DNA of 64,000 nucleotides, from positions 1,379,362 through 1,443,361 of the forward strand of contig OZ220673.1 in assembly GCA_965116305.1 (NCBI GenBank), in the 5' to 3' direction. Under the pieces are notes generated by a model that was not told the origin of the DNA, ran no database searches, and was given only the letters and a program-made list of their open reading frames with translations. The DNA is from Dehalococcoidia bacterium (lineage in GTDB: Bacteria > Chloroflexota > Dehalococcoidia > Lucifugimonadales > Australimonadaceae). Shown here one piece after another: positions 55,079 through 62,533 of this stretch; the stretch's first letter is position 1, and every line of letters begins with the position of its first letter. The position numbers and the translations under genes were made by a program.

Positions 55079-56224
55079 CTACGCCGGCAGATAGCTCGGG
55101 AAGCCGTACAGCGCGACGCAGTTGTCGTGCACGATCTTTCGCATGTCCTCCTGCGCCTCCGGGCCGGCGAAGTCGCGCTCGATGAACTCCCGTGACTTCG
55201 GCCACGTCGACGCCGCGTGTGGGTAGTCCGACGACCACATCACCCGGTCCACGCCGATATCGCCCCGGTACCGGACGCCCAGCTCGTCGTCGATGTACGT
55301 GACGTACACCTGGCGGGCGAAGTACTCCGTCGGCTTCATGCTGAGCGGCGTCGAGAAGCCGCCCCGTCTGCTCGAGCCGCGCCCCACCGTGTTGTCCACC
55401 CGGCCGAGCCAGTACGGCACCCAGCCGAGGCCGTACTCGGCCGAGATGACCTGGAGCGTCGGGAACCGCTCCAACACCCCGGACGCGATGATGACCGCGA
55501 GCGACTTCTGCACCTCGTGCGCCGCGATGATCGGCCGCAGCACGCGGTTCTCCCGTCCGAACTCGTACCGGGGCCGCTCCATGCCGGTCGGTGGGTGAAG
55601 GCTGAGGGGCATCCCCAACTCCTCCGCCTTGCTCCAGAAGACGTCGTAGACGTCGAGGTGGTACGGCTGGTCCTCGGGCGGCGACGCCCAGATCATCGCG
55701 CCGCTCAGCCCCATCTTCGCGCAGCGTTCCAGCTCCTCCGCGCCGAGCTTCGGGTCGTAGAGGGAGATCAGCGCCAGCCCCTTCAGCCGGTCGGGCGCGT
55801 AGCTGCAGTACTCGGCCAGCCAGTCGTTGTAGACGCGGAAGCACTCGCGCTGCAGCGCCGGGTCCAGCAGCCAGAAGAGCCGGAACCCGAGCGTCGTGTA
55901 AAGCACCTCGGCGGCGACGCCGTCGACGGCCATGTCCTTCAGCCGCTCTGCCGGGTCCCACCCGCCGGGACGGGCGTCGGCGTAGCCGCCGGTCTTCATG
56001 AACTCGACCTTCTCCTCCTCGGTGCGGCTCTTGCCCCCCGCGACCCCTACCGCGAGGTCGTGGGGCTGGTAGCCCTCGTACACCCACCAGGCGCCCGGGA
56101 CGCCGTTGTACTCGTCCTCGACGTGCGGCGCTCGGTCCCTGAACTTCGCGTCCATCCGCGTCGTCCACAGGTCCAGCGGCTCGCTCATGTGAGAGTCCGA
56201 CGATATGTACCACGCGTCTGCCAT
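55079..56224 (-). CDS. amidohydrolase_2 family protein
   Basis: ORF track 381 aa. Motifs are ISSDSHMSEP and WSSDYPH. Confidence 0.8.
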   Translation of the reverse strand: MADAWYISSDSHMSEPLDLWTTRMDAKFRDRAPHVEDEYNGVPGAWWVYEGYQPHDLAVGVAGGKSRTEEEKVEFMKTGGYADARPGGWDPAERLKDMAVDGVAAEVLYTTLGFRLFWLLDPALQRECFRVYNDWLAEYCSYAPDRLKGLALISLYDPKLGAEELERCAKMGLSGAMIWASPPEDQPYHLDVYDVFWSKAEELGMPLSLHPPTGMERPRYEFGRENRVLRPIIAAHEVQKSLAVIIASGVLERFPTLQVISAEYGLGWVPYWLGRVDNTVGRGSSRRGGFSTPLSMKPTEYFARQVYVTYIDDELGVRYRGDIGVDRVMWSSDYPHAASTWPKSREFIERDFAGPEAQEDMRKIVHDNCVALYGFPSYLPA

Positions 56225-56310
56225 CGGTTTCCTCCCCGCGCCCCTGCGCGCGCACTCTTTTGGAACGCAATATCCTCCCAGCCCGCGCAGCCGTCAATCC
56301 TGCGAGGACC

Positions 56311-56472
56311 GTCATTCCCGCGCCAGCGGAGTGGGGATTGTCATTTCGAGCGGAGCGCAGCGAAGTCGAGAAATCTCTCGGGTTGCCTGGTGTAGAGGCA
56401 TCCCTTCGTGGGTGCCCTTCCCCACCTCTCCCCGAGGGAGAGGTCGACGCGCTTGCGCGGCGGGTGAGGGTT
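56311..56472. repeat. mosaic of REP-like elements (types A, C, D, B)
   Basis: Type A is GTCATTCCCGCGCCAGCGG. Type C is TGTCATTTCGAGCGGAGCGCAGCGAAGTCGAGAAATCTCTCGGG. Type D is GTAGAGGCATCCCTTCGTGGGTGCCC. Type B is CACCTCTCCCCGAGGGAGAGGTCGACGCGCTTGCGCGGCGGGTGAGGGT. The same element types recur at 60.0-60.4 and 62.5-62.8 kb. Confidence 0.8.
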
Positions 56473-56611
56473 GGCGGGGCGGTGGGTCACCCCGTCAACT
56501 TGCACGCGCCTGCCATCTGATTGACAATCCGCACTGACTGTAGGAAAACGCCAACTGTCCCCGGTACGGGAGCGCCCTCGTGGAAAACGAGCGCGGCGCA
56601 GGAGGACTGCA

Positions 56612-57997
56612 ATGGTCTCGATCATCAGGTCACGCGGTGACCGGTCGCTTCGCAGCCTGGTGAACCTCGACGAGGGGCTCATCGCACGTGAGATCTACGT
56701 CAACGAGGGCATCTACCAGCAGGAGCTGGAGCAGATATTCGCCCGCGCCTGGCTCTTCCTCGGCCACGAGAGCCAGGTCCCCAACCCCGGCGACTTCGTC
56801 ATCTCCCGCATGGGCGAGGAGGAGATTATCGTCACGCGCGACAGGAAGAACGTCATCCACGCGTTCCTCAACACCTGCCGCCACCGCGGCATGAAGGTCT
56901 GCCGCTACGACGACGGCAACACCCTCGTCTTCACCTGCCCCTTCCACGGCTGGTCCTACGACACCGACGGCAGGCTCGTCGGCGTTCCCCACCACAAGCA
57001 GGCCTACCACGAGGAGCTCGACAAGGGTAAGTGGGGGCTGTTCGAGGTCGCCCAGCTCGCCAACTACTACGGCTCCCTCTGGGCGACGTGGGACCCCAAG
57101 GCCCCGTCGTTCGAGGACTACCTCGGCGTCTACGCCCCCACCATCAAGTGGTGCTTCGAGAGCAGCGGCGGCGAGGACAACGGCGTCGAGCTCTTCAACC
57201 CCGCCACCAAGTGGTACATCCCCACCAACTGGAAGTTCCCCGGCTTCTCGTTCGACGGCGACAGCGCCCACGGCGCGATGACCCACCGCTCCGTCAACGT
57301 CGCCGCCATCGGCCCGCAGGGTGACCTGCAGGGCGGCAGCCGCAGCGGCATGCGGGCCCCCTTCCCGTCCACCTCCTACGAGATGCAGCTGCCTGAGCTC
57401 GGCCACGGCGGCCACAACTTCATGTTCGAGCAGCCCGGCACGCCGGAGTACATGGACACCTGGCAGACCGAGCCGCCCGAGGTCGACGCCTACTACCGCG
57501 AGCAGCGGGAGAAGAAGCAGGCCCGCTACAAGGACACCTACCTCCACGCGGGCAACGGCGGCACCGCCCTCGTCTGGCCCAACGTCAACATCCAGCCCCA
57601 CCGCATCCTCGTCTGGCACCCGCACGGAGTCGGCGTCACCGAGTCCTGGCGGCAGTACCCCGTCGACAAGGATGCCCCCAAGGTCGTCAAAGACGCCCAG
57701 CGGCGCTACATGATGCGCTACGGCGGGCCCACCGGCCTCACCGAGTCCGACGACATGGAGAACTGGAACTACGCCTTCCCCGCCAGCCTCGGCACCATCG
57801 CCCAGCGCCTCCCCTACAACTTCCAGATGGGCCTGGGACACGACTTCACGGACGAGCGCTTCCCCGGAATGACGTTCACCTTCCGCATCGCCGAGGCCAA
57901 CCAGCGCGCGCGTCTCCGCCGGTGGATCGAGTTCATGGAAGCCTCCAGCTGGGACGACATCTACCCCGTCCACCCCAGGAAGAACACGGAGCGCTGA
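56612..57997 (+). CDS. aromatic ring-hydroxylating dioxygenase alpha subunit (classical alpha/beta type)
   Basis: ORF track 461 aa, AGGAGGA upstream. Rieske motif is CRHRGMKV...CPFHGW. Fe motif is DSAHGAMTH. Confidence 0.9.
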   Translation: MVSIIRSRGDRSLRSLVNLDEGLIAREIYVNEGIYQQELEQIFARAWLFLGHESQVPNPGDFVISRMGEEEIIVTRDRKNVIHAFLNTCRHRGMKVCRYDDGNTLVFTCPFHGWSYDTDGRLVGVPHHKQAYHEELDKGKWGLFEVAQLANYYGSLWATWDPKAPSFEDYLGVYAPTIKWCFESSGGEDNGVELFNPATKWYIPTNWKFPGFSFDGDSAHGAMTHRSVNVAAIGPQGDLQGGSRSGMRAPFPSTSYEMQLPELGHGGHNFMFEQPGTPEYMDTWQTEPPEVDAYYREQREKKQARYKDTYLHAGNGGTALVWPNVNIQPHRILVWHPHGVGVTESWRQYPVDKDAPKVVKDAQRRYMMRYGGPTGLTESDDMENWNYAFPASLGTIAQRLPYNFQMGLGHDFTDERFPGMTFTFRIAEANQRARLRRWIEFMEASSWDDIYPVHPRKNTER

Positions 57998-58019
57998 GCC
58001 GGAACTGCAAGGAGACACG

Positions 58020-58685
58020 GTGGTCTCGTCCTCGTCAAACAACAGGCTCGTCGGCGTCGGCTTCATCGTCCTCGGCGTCCTCTTCCTGCTGCCGCTCATC
58101 AGCAGCTTCGAGTTCTCCTTCAGCGACTGGTGGCCGCTCTTCCTCATCCTCATGGGGTTCGGCAGCCTCTCCAAGGGCAGCACGAAGGGCGGCCTCATCG
58201 TCATCGCCATCGGCGTGGTGTTCCTGCTGAGCAACCTGGACATCCTGAGCATCAGCTTCTGGCTGCTCTGGCCGTTCGCGCTCATCGCCGTCGGCGTGGC
58301 CATCCTCTTCGGGCACTCCCGCTCCCGCCGGTCCGCGAACGACGCGCCTCCGGCGGGCGACGACCTCGCCGTCTCCGCACTCTTCTCGGGCAATGAGCAG
58401 CGCATCGACAGCCAGCGCTTCAACGGCGGCAACGTCTCGGTCACCTTCGGCGGCGCGGAGATAGACCTGCGCGGCGCCGCCATGGACGGGAACGCCGCCA
58501 CCGTCAACGTCAACGCGGTATTCGGCGGCGTCAAGCTCCAGGTCCCGCCCGACTGGGCCGTCGAGGTCCGCGCCGATTCGACCTTCGGCGGCGTCGAGAA
58601 GAAGCGCCCCGACCCGGCTGAACCGAAAGCCACGCTCACCGTCACCGGCTCATGCCTCTTCGGCGGCATCGAGATCACGTCCTGA
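58020..58685 (+). CDS. LiaF/YvqF-like membrane protein (DUF2154-type C-terminal domain)
   Basis: ORF track 221 aa, GTG start with AAGGAG upstream. Four N-terminal TM helices are followed by FGGAEIDLRGAAMDGNAATVNVNAVFGGVKLQVPPDWAVEV...FGGVEKK. Confidence 0.7.
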   Translation: MVSSSSNNRLVGVGFIVLGVLFLLPLISSFEFSFSDWWPLFLILMGFGSLSKGSTKGGLIVIAIGVVFLLSNLDILSISFWLLWPFALIAVGVAILFGHSRSRRSANDAPPAGDDLAVSALFSGNEQRIDSQRFNGGNVSVTFGGAEIDLRGAAMDGNAATVNVNAVFGGVKLQVPPDWAVEVRADSTFGGVEKKRPDPAEPKATLTVTGSCLFGGIEITS

Positions 58686-58704
58686 ACAGCACAGGAGGAA
58701 CGCC

Positions 58705-59556
58705 ATGACGACCGGACGACCGGACCAGAAGGGCGAAGAGCTCATCAACGTCAACAACACCGTCATCCTCACCAACCTGCCCATCGGGCAGCAGATCAAG
58801 CTCCGCGACGGCTCCACCGCCGAGGTCACCGCCAACCCGCGCGACGGCGGATGGGTCCGCGCGCGCTTCCTCGAATCGACCGTCAACCCGGCCCTCGTCG
58901 GGAACGAGGAGATGGTCTTCGCCACCGACGTCACCGGCCTCATCGACACCGCCGGACTGACGCCGTTCGCCCCCGCCGACACCGGCCCCGAGCGCTCCGC
59001 CGGCCTCGCCCGCCCCGTCACCATCACCTCCCCGGAGCAGACCCTCGAACGCCTCCTCTTCGAGCGCGAGATCGAGCGCTTCCTCTACCGCGAGGCCGAA
59101 CTCCTCGACGACCGCCGCTTCAACGACTGGATCGAGCTCGTCGCCGAGGACATCCACTACCACATGCCCGTCCGCCGCAACGTCAAGTTCGGCGAGCAGC
59201 ACCGCGAGAACACCGACCCCGAGTCCGAGATCTCCTGGTTCGACGAGGGCAAGCGCACGCTCGCGGGCCGCGTCCGCCAGATCAACACCGGACTCCACTG
59301 GGCCGAGGAGCCGTTCTCCCGCGTCCGCCACGTCATCAGCAACATCCACGTCGGCGAACTGCAGGGCGACGAGGTGCCCGTCCGCAGCAACTTCTTCGTC
59401 TGGACGAACCGCCTGCACGACGAGGTCAACGTCTTCGTCGGCACACGCCACGACGTGCTCCGCCGCGACCCGGACACCGGCTGGAAGATCGCCCGCCGCC
59501 TCATCCTGCTGGACCAGAACGTCCTGCTCTCCAAGGTCATCACGACCTTCTTCTAG
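58705..59556 (+). CDS. ring-hydroxylating dioxygenase beta subunit (NTF2/SnoaL-like) with ~110-aa N-terminal extension
   Basis: ORF track 283 aa, AGGAGGA 5 nt upstream of the ATG. The C-terminal ~170 aa (ERFLYREAELLDDRRFNDWIELVAEDIHYHMP...) are beta-subunit-like. The N-terminus is of unknown type but has high-GC3 coding character. Confidence 0.8.
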   Translation: MTTGRPDQKGEELINVNNTVILTNLPIGQQIKLRDGSTAEVTANPRDGGWVRARFLESTVNPALVGNEEMVFATDVTGLIDTAGLTPFAPADTGPERSAGLARPVTITSPEQTLERLLFEREIERFLYREAELLDDRRFNDWIELVAEDIHYHMPVRRNVKFGEQHRENTDPESEISWFDEGKRTLAGRVRQINTGLHWAEEPFSRVRHVISNIHVGELQGDEVPVRSNFFVWTNRLHDEVNVFVGTRHDVLRRDPDTGWKIARRLILLDQNVLLSKVITTFF

Positions 59557-59565
59557 GAGCCCCTA

Positions 59566-59612
59566 CCCGTCATTCCCGCACCTCTACCGTCATTCCCGCG
59601 AAAGCGGGAATC
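59566..59612. repeat. REP-like type A elements (one half copy plus the hairpin GTCATTCCCGCGaaaGCGGGAATC)
   Basis: Read directly. Same family as 42900..42919 and 60167..60190. Confidence 0.75.
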
Positions 59613-59691
59613 TCGCCCCCCTCAGGAGGGCCAAGCTAATGCACATCCTCCCCATCCACAAACCCCATAGCGGCGAACCCCGGTAGCGCCC

Positions 59692-60012
59692 ATGGCCCTC
59701 ACCGCGGAATGGCGTATCTTCGGCGAGTTCGACGTCGTCCTCGTCGTCGAGGACGGCATCGTGCGCGAGGCGATGACCGCGGACGCCGCCCTCCTCCACG
59801 ACTTCCTCACCTCCATGAGCGGCCTCTACTCCTGGCGCAGCGACCACGCCGTCGAGGGTGAGAAGGAGGGCCCGGAGCCGTGGGGCGCGCTCGTCATCTC
59901 CCGCGCCGAGACCGGCGAGATCGTCGACATGGACCCGCAACGCTTCTGGACCGGCGTCCACATCTGGTTCCGCTCCCGCGGCGTCGACTACGACACCCCC
60001 ATCCCCGTCTGA
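59692..60012 (+). CDS. hypothetical protein
   Basis: ORF track 106 aa with strong GC3 coding bias but no clear RBS. No family recognised. Confidence 0.45.
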   Translation: MALTAEWRIFGEFDVVLVVEDGIVREAMTADAALLHDFLTSMSGLYSWRSDHAVEGEKEGPEPWGALVISRAETGEIVDMDPQRFWTGVHIWFRSRGVDYDTPIPV

Positions 60013-60429
60013 TCCGCGCTTCAGCGCGCGGTGAGGGCCACCTCCGTCGTTCCTGCGGAGGCCCGCGCTTTAGCGCGCAACCTCGCCTCCCACCTCTCCC
60101 CGGGGGAGAGGTCGACGCGCTTGCCGCGGCGGGTGAGGGTGGACCGGACGTGGTGCGCCAGCACCGGTCATTCCCGCACCGGCGGGAATCCAGAGTGACC
60201 TGCCCGGTCACGCGGTGGGGCGGGCGTATGGGGCGGATGTGTCATTCCGAGCGAAGCCGCCGACACAGTCGGTGGCGCAGCCGAGGAATCTCTCGGGGGC
60301 TTGACTCCCTCGCCCCCTGAGAGAGGGTGCCGCGCTTGCCGCGGCGAGTGAGGGTCCCTGATGTAGGGGCATCCCTTGTGGGTGCCTTTGCCTGTCGTTC
60401 CTGCGTAGGCAGGAACTTCGCAGCCTTGC
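60013..60429. repeat. dense mosaic of REP-like hairpin elements (left border of a lower-GC islet)
   Basis: The order read is: type B at 60091..60142, type A at 60167..60190, type C at 60239..60296, a type B variant at 60305..60356, type D at 60362..60388, and type E (GTTCCTGCgtagGCAGGAAC) at 60396..60415. Confidence 0.8.
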
Positions 60430-61005
60430 TTACTGCCAGCCCCTCGTGCAATCTCCGCTACGGTTGTCTGCAAACAAGCCGAGGCTGTCATCCGGCCACG
60501 GAGTCTTGTCCTTCCTCTGAAATGCCCGCTGGACTTTCGGCATGACCCTTCGCGCTACCCTCCTCCGAGGCCACTTGTAGACGGCTGCAAACGAGTCTCT
60601 CTCGCCGATGTTGCGGGCCAGCCGTTCCGGAACCAAGTGGGGGTTGCGGTCCTGCGGCAACTTGTCATAGTCCGGGTGGGTAGGCAGAAGCAGGCCCACC
60701 AGTCCACATCGCTCGTTGTTGGGCCTGTCGATGATACTAGCCGAGATTTCCCAGTCCACATGCTTGCGCTGCCACGTGCACGGGCCAATCAGGACAATGG
60801 TGACCACGGCATCCGCAATGTGGTCATCCCTGATTCTGCGGCGTATCTCATCCAACGGGAGGTTCTCGTCGTGAATGTCTCCCGGGCTGACGGACTTGTC
60901 GATTACTTTGCTGTCCAACGCTTGGACCAGTCGGCGCTTATACTCCTCGTCGTCTGCGTGATAGTAGCTGACAAAAACCTTGTGCTTGGGTAGGGCATCA
61001 GCCAT
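60430..61005 (-). CDS. TIR-like domain protein (MTH538/DUF1863, ThsB-like)
   Basis: C-terminal 191 aa of ORF 60430..61356. Start is MADALPKHKVFVSYYHADDEEYKRRLVQAL. It contains VTIVLIGPCTWQRKHVDWEISASI, with the W-x-EI glutamate position typical of TIR-like domains. G+C is lower than in surrounding genes. Confidence 0.65.
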   Translation of the reverse strand: MADALPKHKVFVSYYHADDEEYKRRLVQALDSKVIDKSVSPGDIHDENLPLDEIRRRIRDDHIADAVVTIVLIGPCTWQRKHVDWEISASIIDRPNNERCGLVGLLLPTHPDYDKLPQDRNPHLVPERLARNIGERDSFAAVYKWPRRRVARRVMPKVQRAFQRKDKTPWPDDSLGLFADNRSGDCTRGWQ

Positions 61006-61016
61006 AGGTGTTGCCC

Positions 61017-61457
61017 CTACAAGACCCAGCCCCACGAAACCAGAACGGTAGTGGCGACGGGTAGATAGAACGGCAATATGGATACCGAGCCGAAGAGACA
61101 TCGCAGCACGAGGCGTGACCCCATGCCCGTCGGGGCTATCTTGTAGACCTCGCTTAGTTCCAGTTTCTCCTCGTACAGCTTGGCAACGAACGTGTTCTGA
61201 GACTTGATGAACGCTCGCTCCAGCGCGAGGTAGTAGGAGTCCAGGAACAGGAATAGTAGGGTTGGAATCAGAGCAATCAGCGCGTGTCGGGGTTCCCCTG
61301 TGCGCGCGACCAGCACGAGCACCGCAGCCACAAGGGTGACGCACCACACCTTGCACGAGCGGCTGTTCTCCGCCATCCTCTGAATCACACCCTGCATGAT
61401 GGTGAGATGGGTCTGTACGGCGGACGAGTCAACGCTGAGTTCACCGTTGTTGGCCAT
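61017..61457 (-). CDS. small integral membrane protein (TM hairpin + cytoplasmic helix + C-terminal hydrophobic segment), first gene of the operon with the TIR-like gene
   Basis: ORF track 146 aa, GGAGGA 4 nt upstream of the ATG. TM1 is VWCVTLVAAVLVLVA, TM2 is ALIALIPTLLFLFLDSYYLA, and the C-terminal segment is LFGSVSILPFYLPVATTVLVSWGWVL. The stop lies 11 nt before the TIR-like start. Confidence 0.6.
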   Translation of the reverse strand: MANNGELSVDSSAVQTHLTIMQGVIQRMAENSRSCKVWCVTLVAAVLVLVARTGEPRHALIALIPTLLFLFLDSYYLALERAFIKSQNTFVAKLYEEKLELSEVYKIAPTGMGSRLVLRCLFGSVSILPFYLPVATTVLVSWGWVL

Positions 61458-61637
61458 CTATCCTCCACTCGCATTATCTCCGCCGGCAGCCTCCTCTGTC
61501 TCCCTGCCAGTGTCAGAATCCCCCTCCCGTCACACTTGTGACATCTGCCCGTTGCGCGAGCGAGCCACCCTTCCCTACCCTGTTCTGGACGGCCCAGCGC
61601 CCTCTTGCGCGATGCCTCAGCAGGCCCCTGCCGGAAA

Positions 61638-61670
61638 CTGTCGGATTGCTGTCGGATTGCTGTCGGATAT
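61638..61670. repeat. three tandem 11-bp repeats (CTGTCGGATTG x2 + CTGTCGGATAT) in the divergent promoter region
   Basis: Read directly. The palindrome GTCACActtGTGAC lies about 100 nt to the left. Confidence 0.7.
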
Positions 61671-61740
61671 TGGCGGGTGCACTGTAGGGCAAGCGGGAGG
61701 GACTGACGGGTGAAGAAACCAGGAAACAGGAGTGAATGGC

Positions 61741-62148
61741 ATGGAGAACCAGCAGAATCCGACAGCTACGAAAAAAGTGGCCCTCACCCCCAGGCAGACG
61801 CTTGCCCTGCCCTATATCGCCGCGACCGCTTCCCTCTCCGCCGGGGCGAGGGCCGCTCGCATACACCGCTCCACGCTCCAGCAGTGGATGACCGACCCTG
61901 ACTTCAGGGCCGAGTTGGAGCGCCTGCGCAAGGACGCCGAGTCGCTCGCCCGCGTCGAGTTGCAGGGCCTCGTGCTCAAGAGCATCAGTACCCTGGCTGA
62001 GCTCCTGGAAGACCCTGACCCGAAGGTCAGGGCCACTGCGGTGCGCGCCGCTCTCTCCAATGCCCTCAAGGTCGGAGAGAACCGCGAACTCCGGCAGCAG
62101 TTGGAGATGATCGAGACAACCCAGGTGATGATGAGGCAGCAGCGATGA
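61741..62148 (+). CDS. HTH-containing protein, phage/mobile-element-like (homeodomain-like N-terminus, coiled C-terminus)
   Basis: ORF track 61732..62148. I prefer ATG at 61741 (CAGGAG 8 nt upstream). LSAGARAARIHRSTLQQWMTDPDF resembles small-terminase or phBC6A51-type HTH proteins. This is my impression only. Confidence 0.5.
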   Translation: MENQQNPTATKKVALTPRQTLALPYIAATASLSAGARAARIHRSTLQQWMTDPDFRAELERLRKDAESLARVELQGLVLKSISTLAELLEDPDPKVRATAVRAALSNALKVGENRELRQQLEMIETTQVMMRQQR

Positions 62149-62519
62149 TGAACGCCGTCCGCTCGCTCCGTAACTACTACGGTTGCCTTCTGGTGCAGGC
62201 GAAACTCAGACCCATCGCCGAGGACTACGTCCTGCGCTGGGTGGACGCCGTGGAGCGCGGCGATTACCCGCCCGACATCGCAGACCTCTTCGAGGCGGCG
62301 GGAGAGGCGCGCGTCCCCGTGCTCAGCCCCGTCCCCATCGACTCCTACCTCCGTCAGTGCTTCAGGGCCGGACGCATCCCGGACGACACCCGCATCGTGC
62401 AGGCCATCGCGCACGCCTACGCGGAGGGCGATCTGATGAAGGTGGGCGAAACGTGCCACTGCCCCGCGCGGCGTCCACTCTTCCAGCGCCCCGCCCGCAC
62501 CGGCTTCCGGGGTGACTAA
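62145..62519 (+). CDS. hypothetical protein
   Basis: ORF track 124 aa, ATGATG overlap with the preceding gene. No family recognised. Confidence 0.4.
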   Translation: MMNAVRSLRNYYGCLLVQAKLRPIAEDYVLRWVDAVERGDYPPDIADLFEAAGEARVPVLSPVPIDSYLRQCFRAGRIPDDTRIVQAIAHAYAEGDLMKVGETCHCPARRPLFQRPARTGFRGD

Positions 62520-62533
62520 GGTGAGCACAAGGA

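Noticed and set aside
56205-56537. Small ORFs across the REP clusters (e.g. 56205..56537, 59880..60320, 60168..60491, 62512..63309, 62362..63258)
   Set aside because: Their translations are simply the repeat consensus read in frame (VIPA..., PLSPGERST..., GEGW...). They overlap each other on both strands and have no RBS.
56518-56611. Possible promoter (TTGACA at 56520) or riboswitch-like leader upstream of the dioxygenase alpha gene
   Set aside because: No acceptable -10 hexamer lies at 16-18 nt spacing, and I recognise no conserved riboswitch motif.
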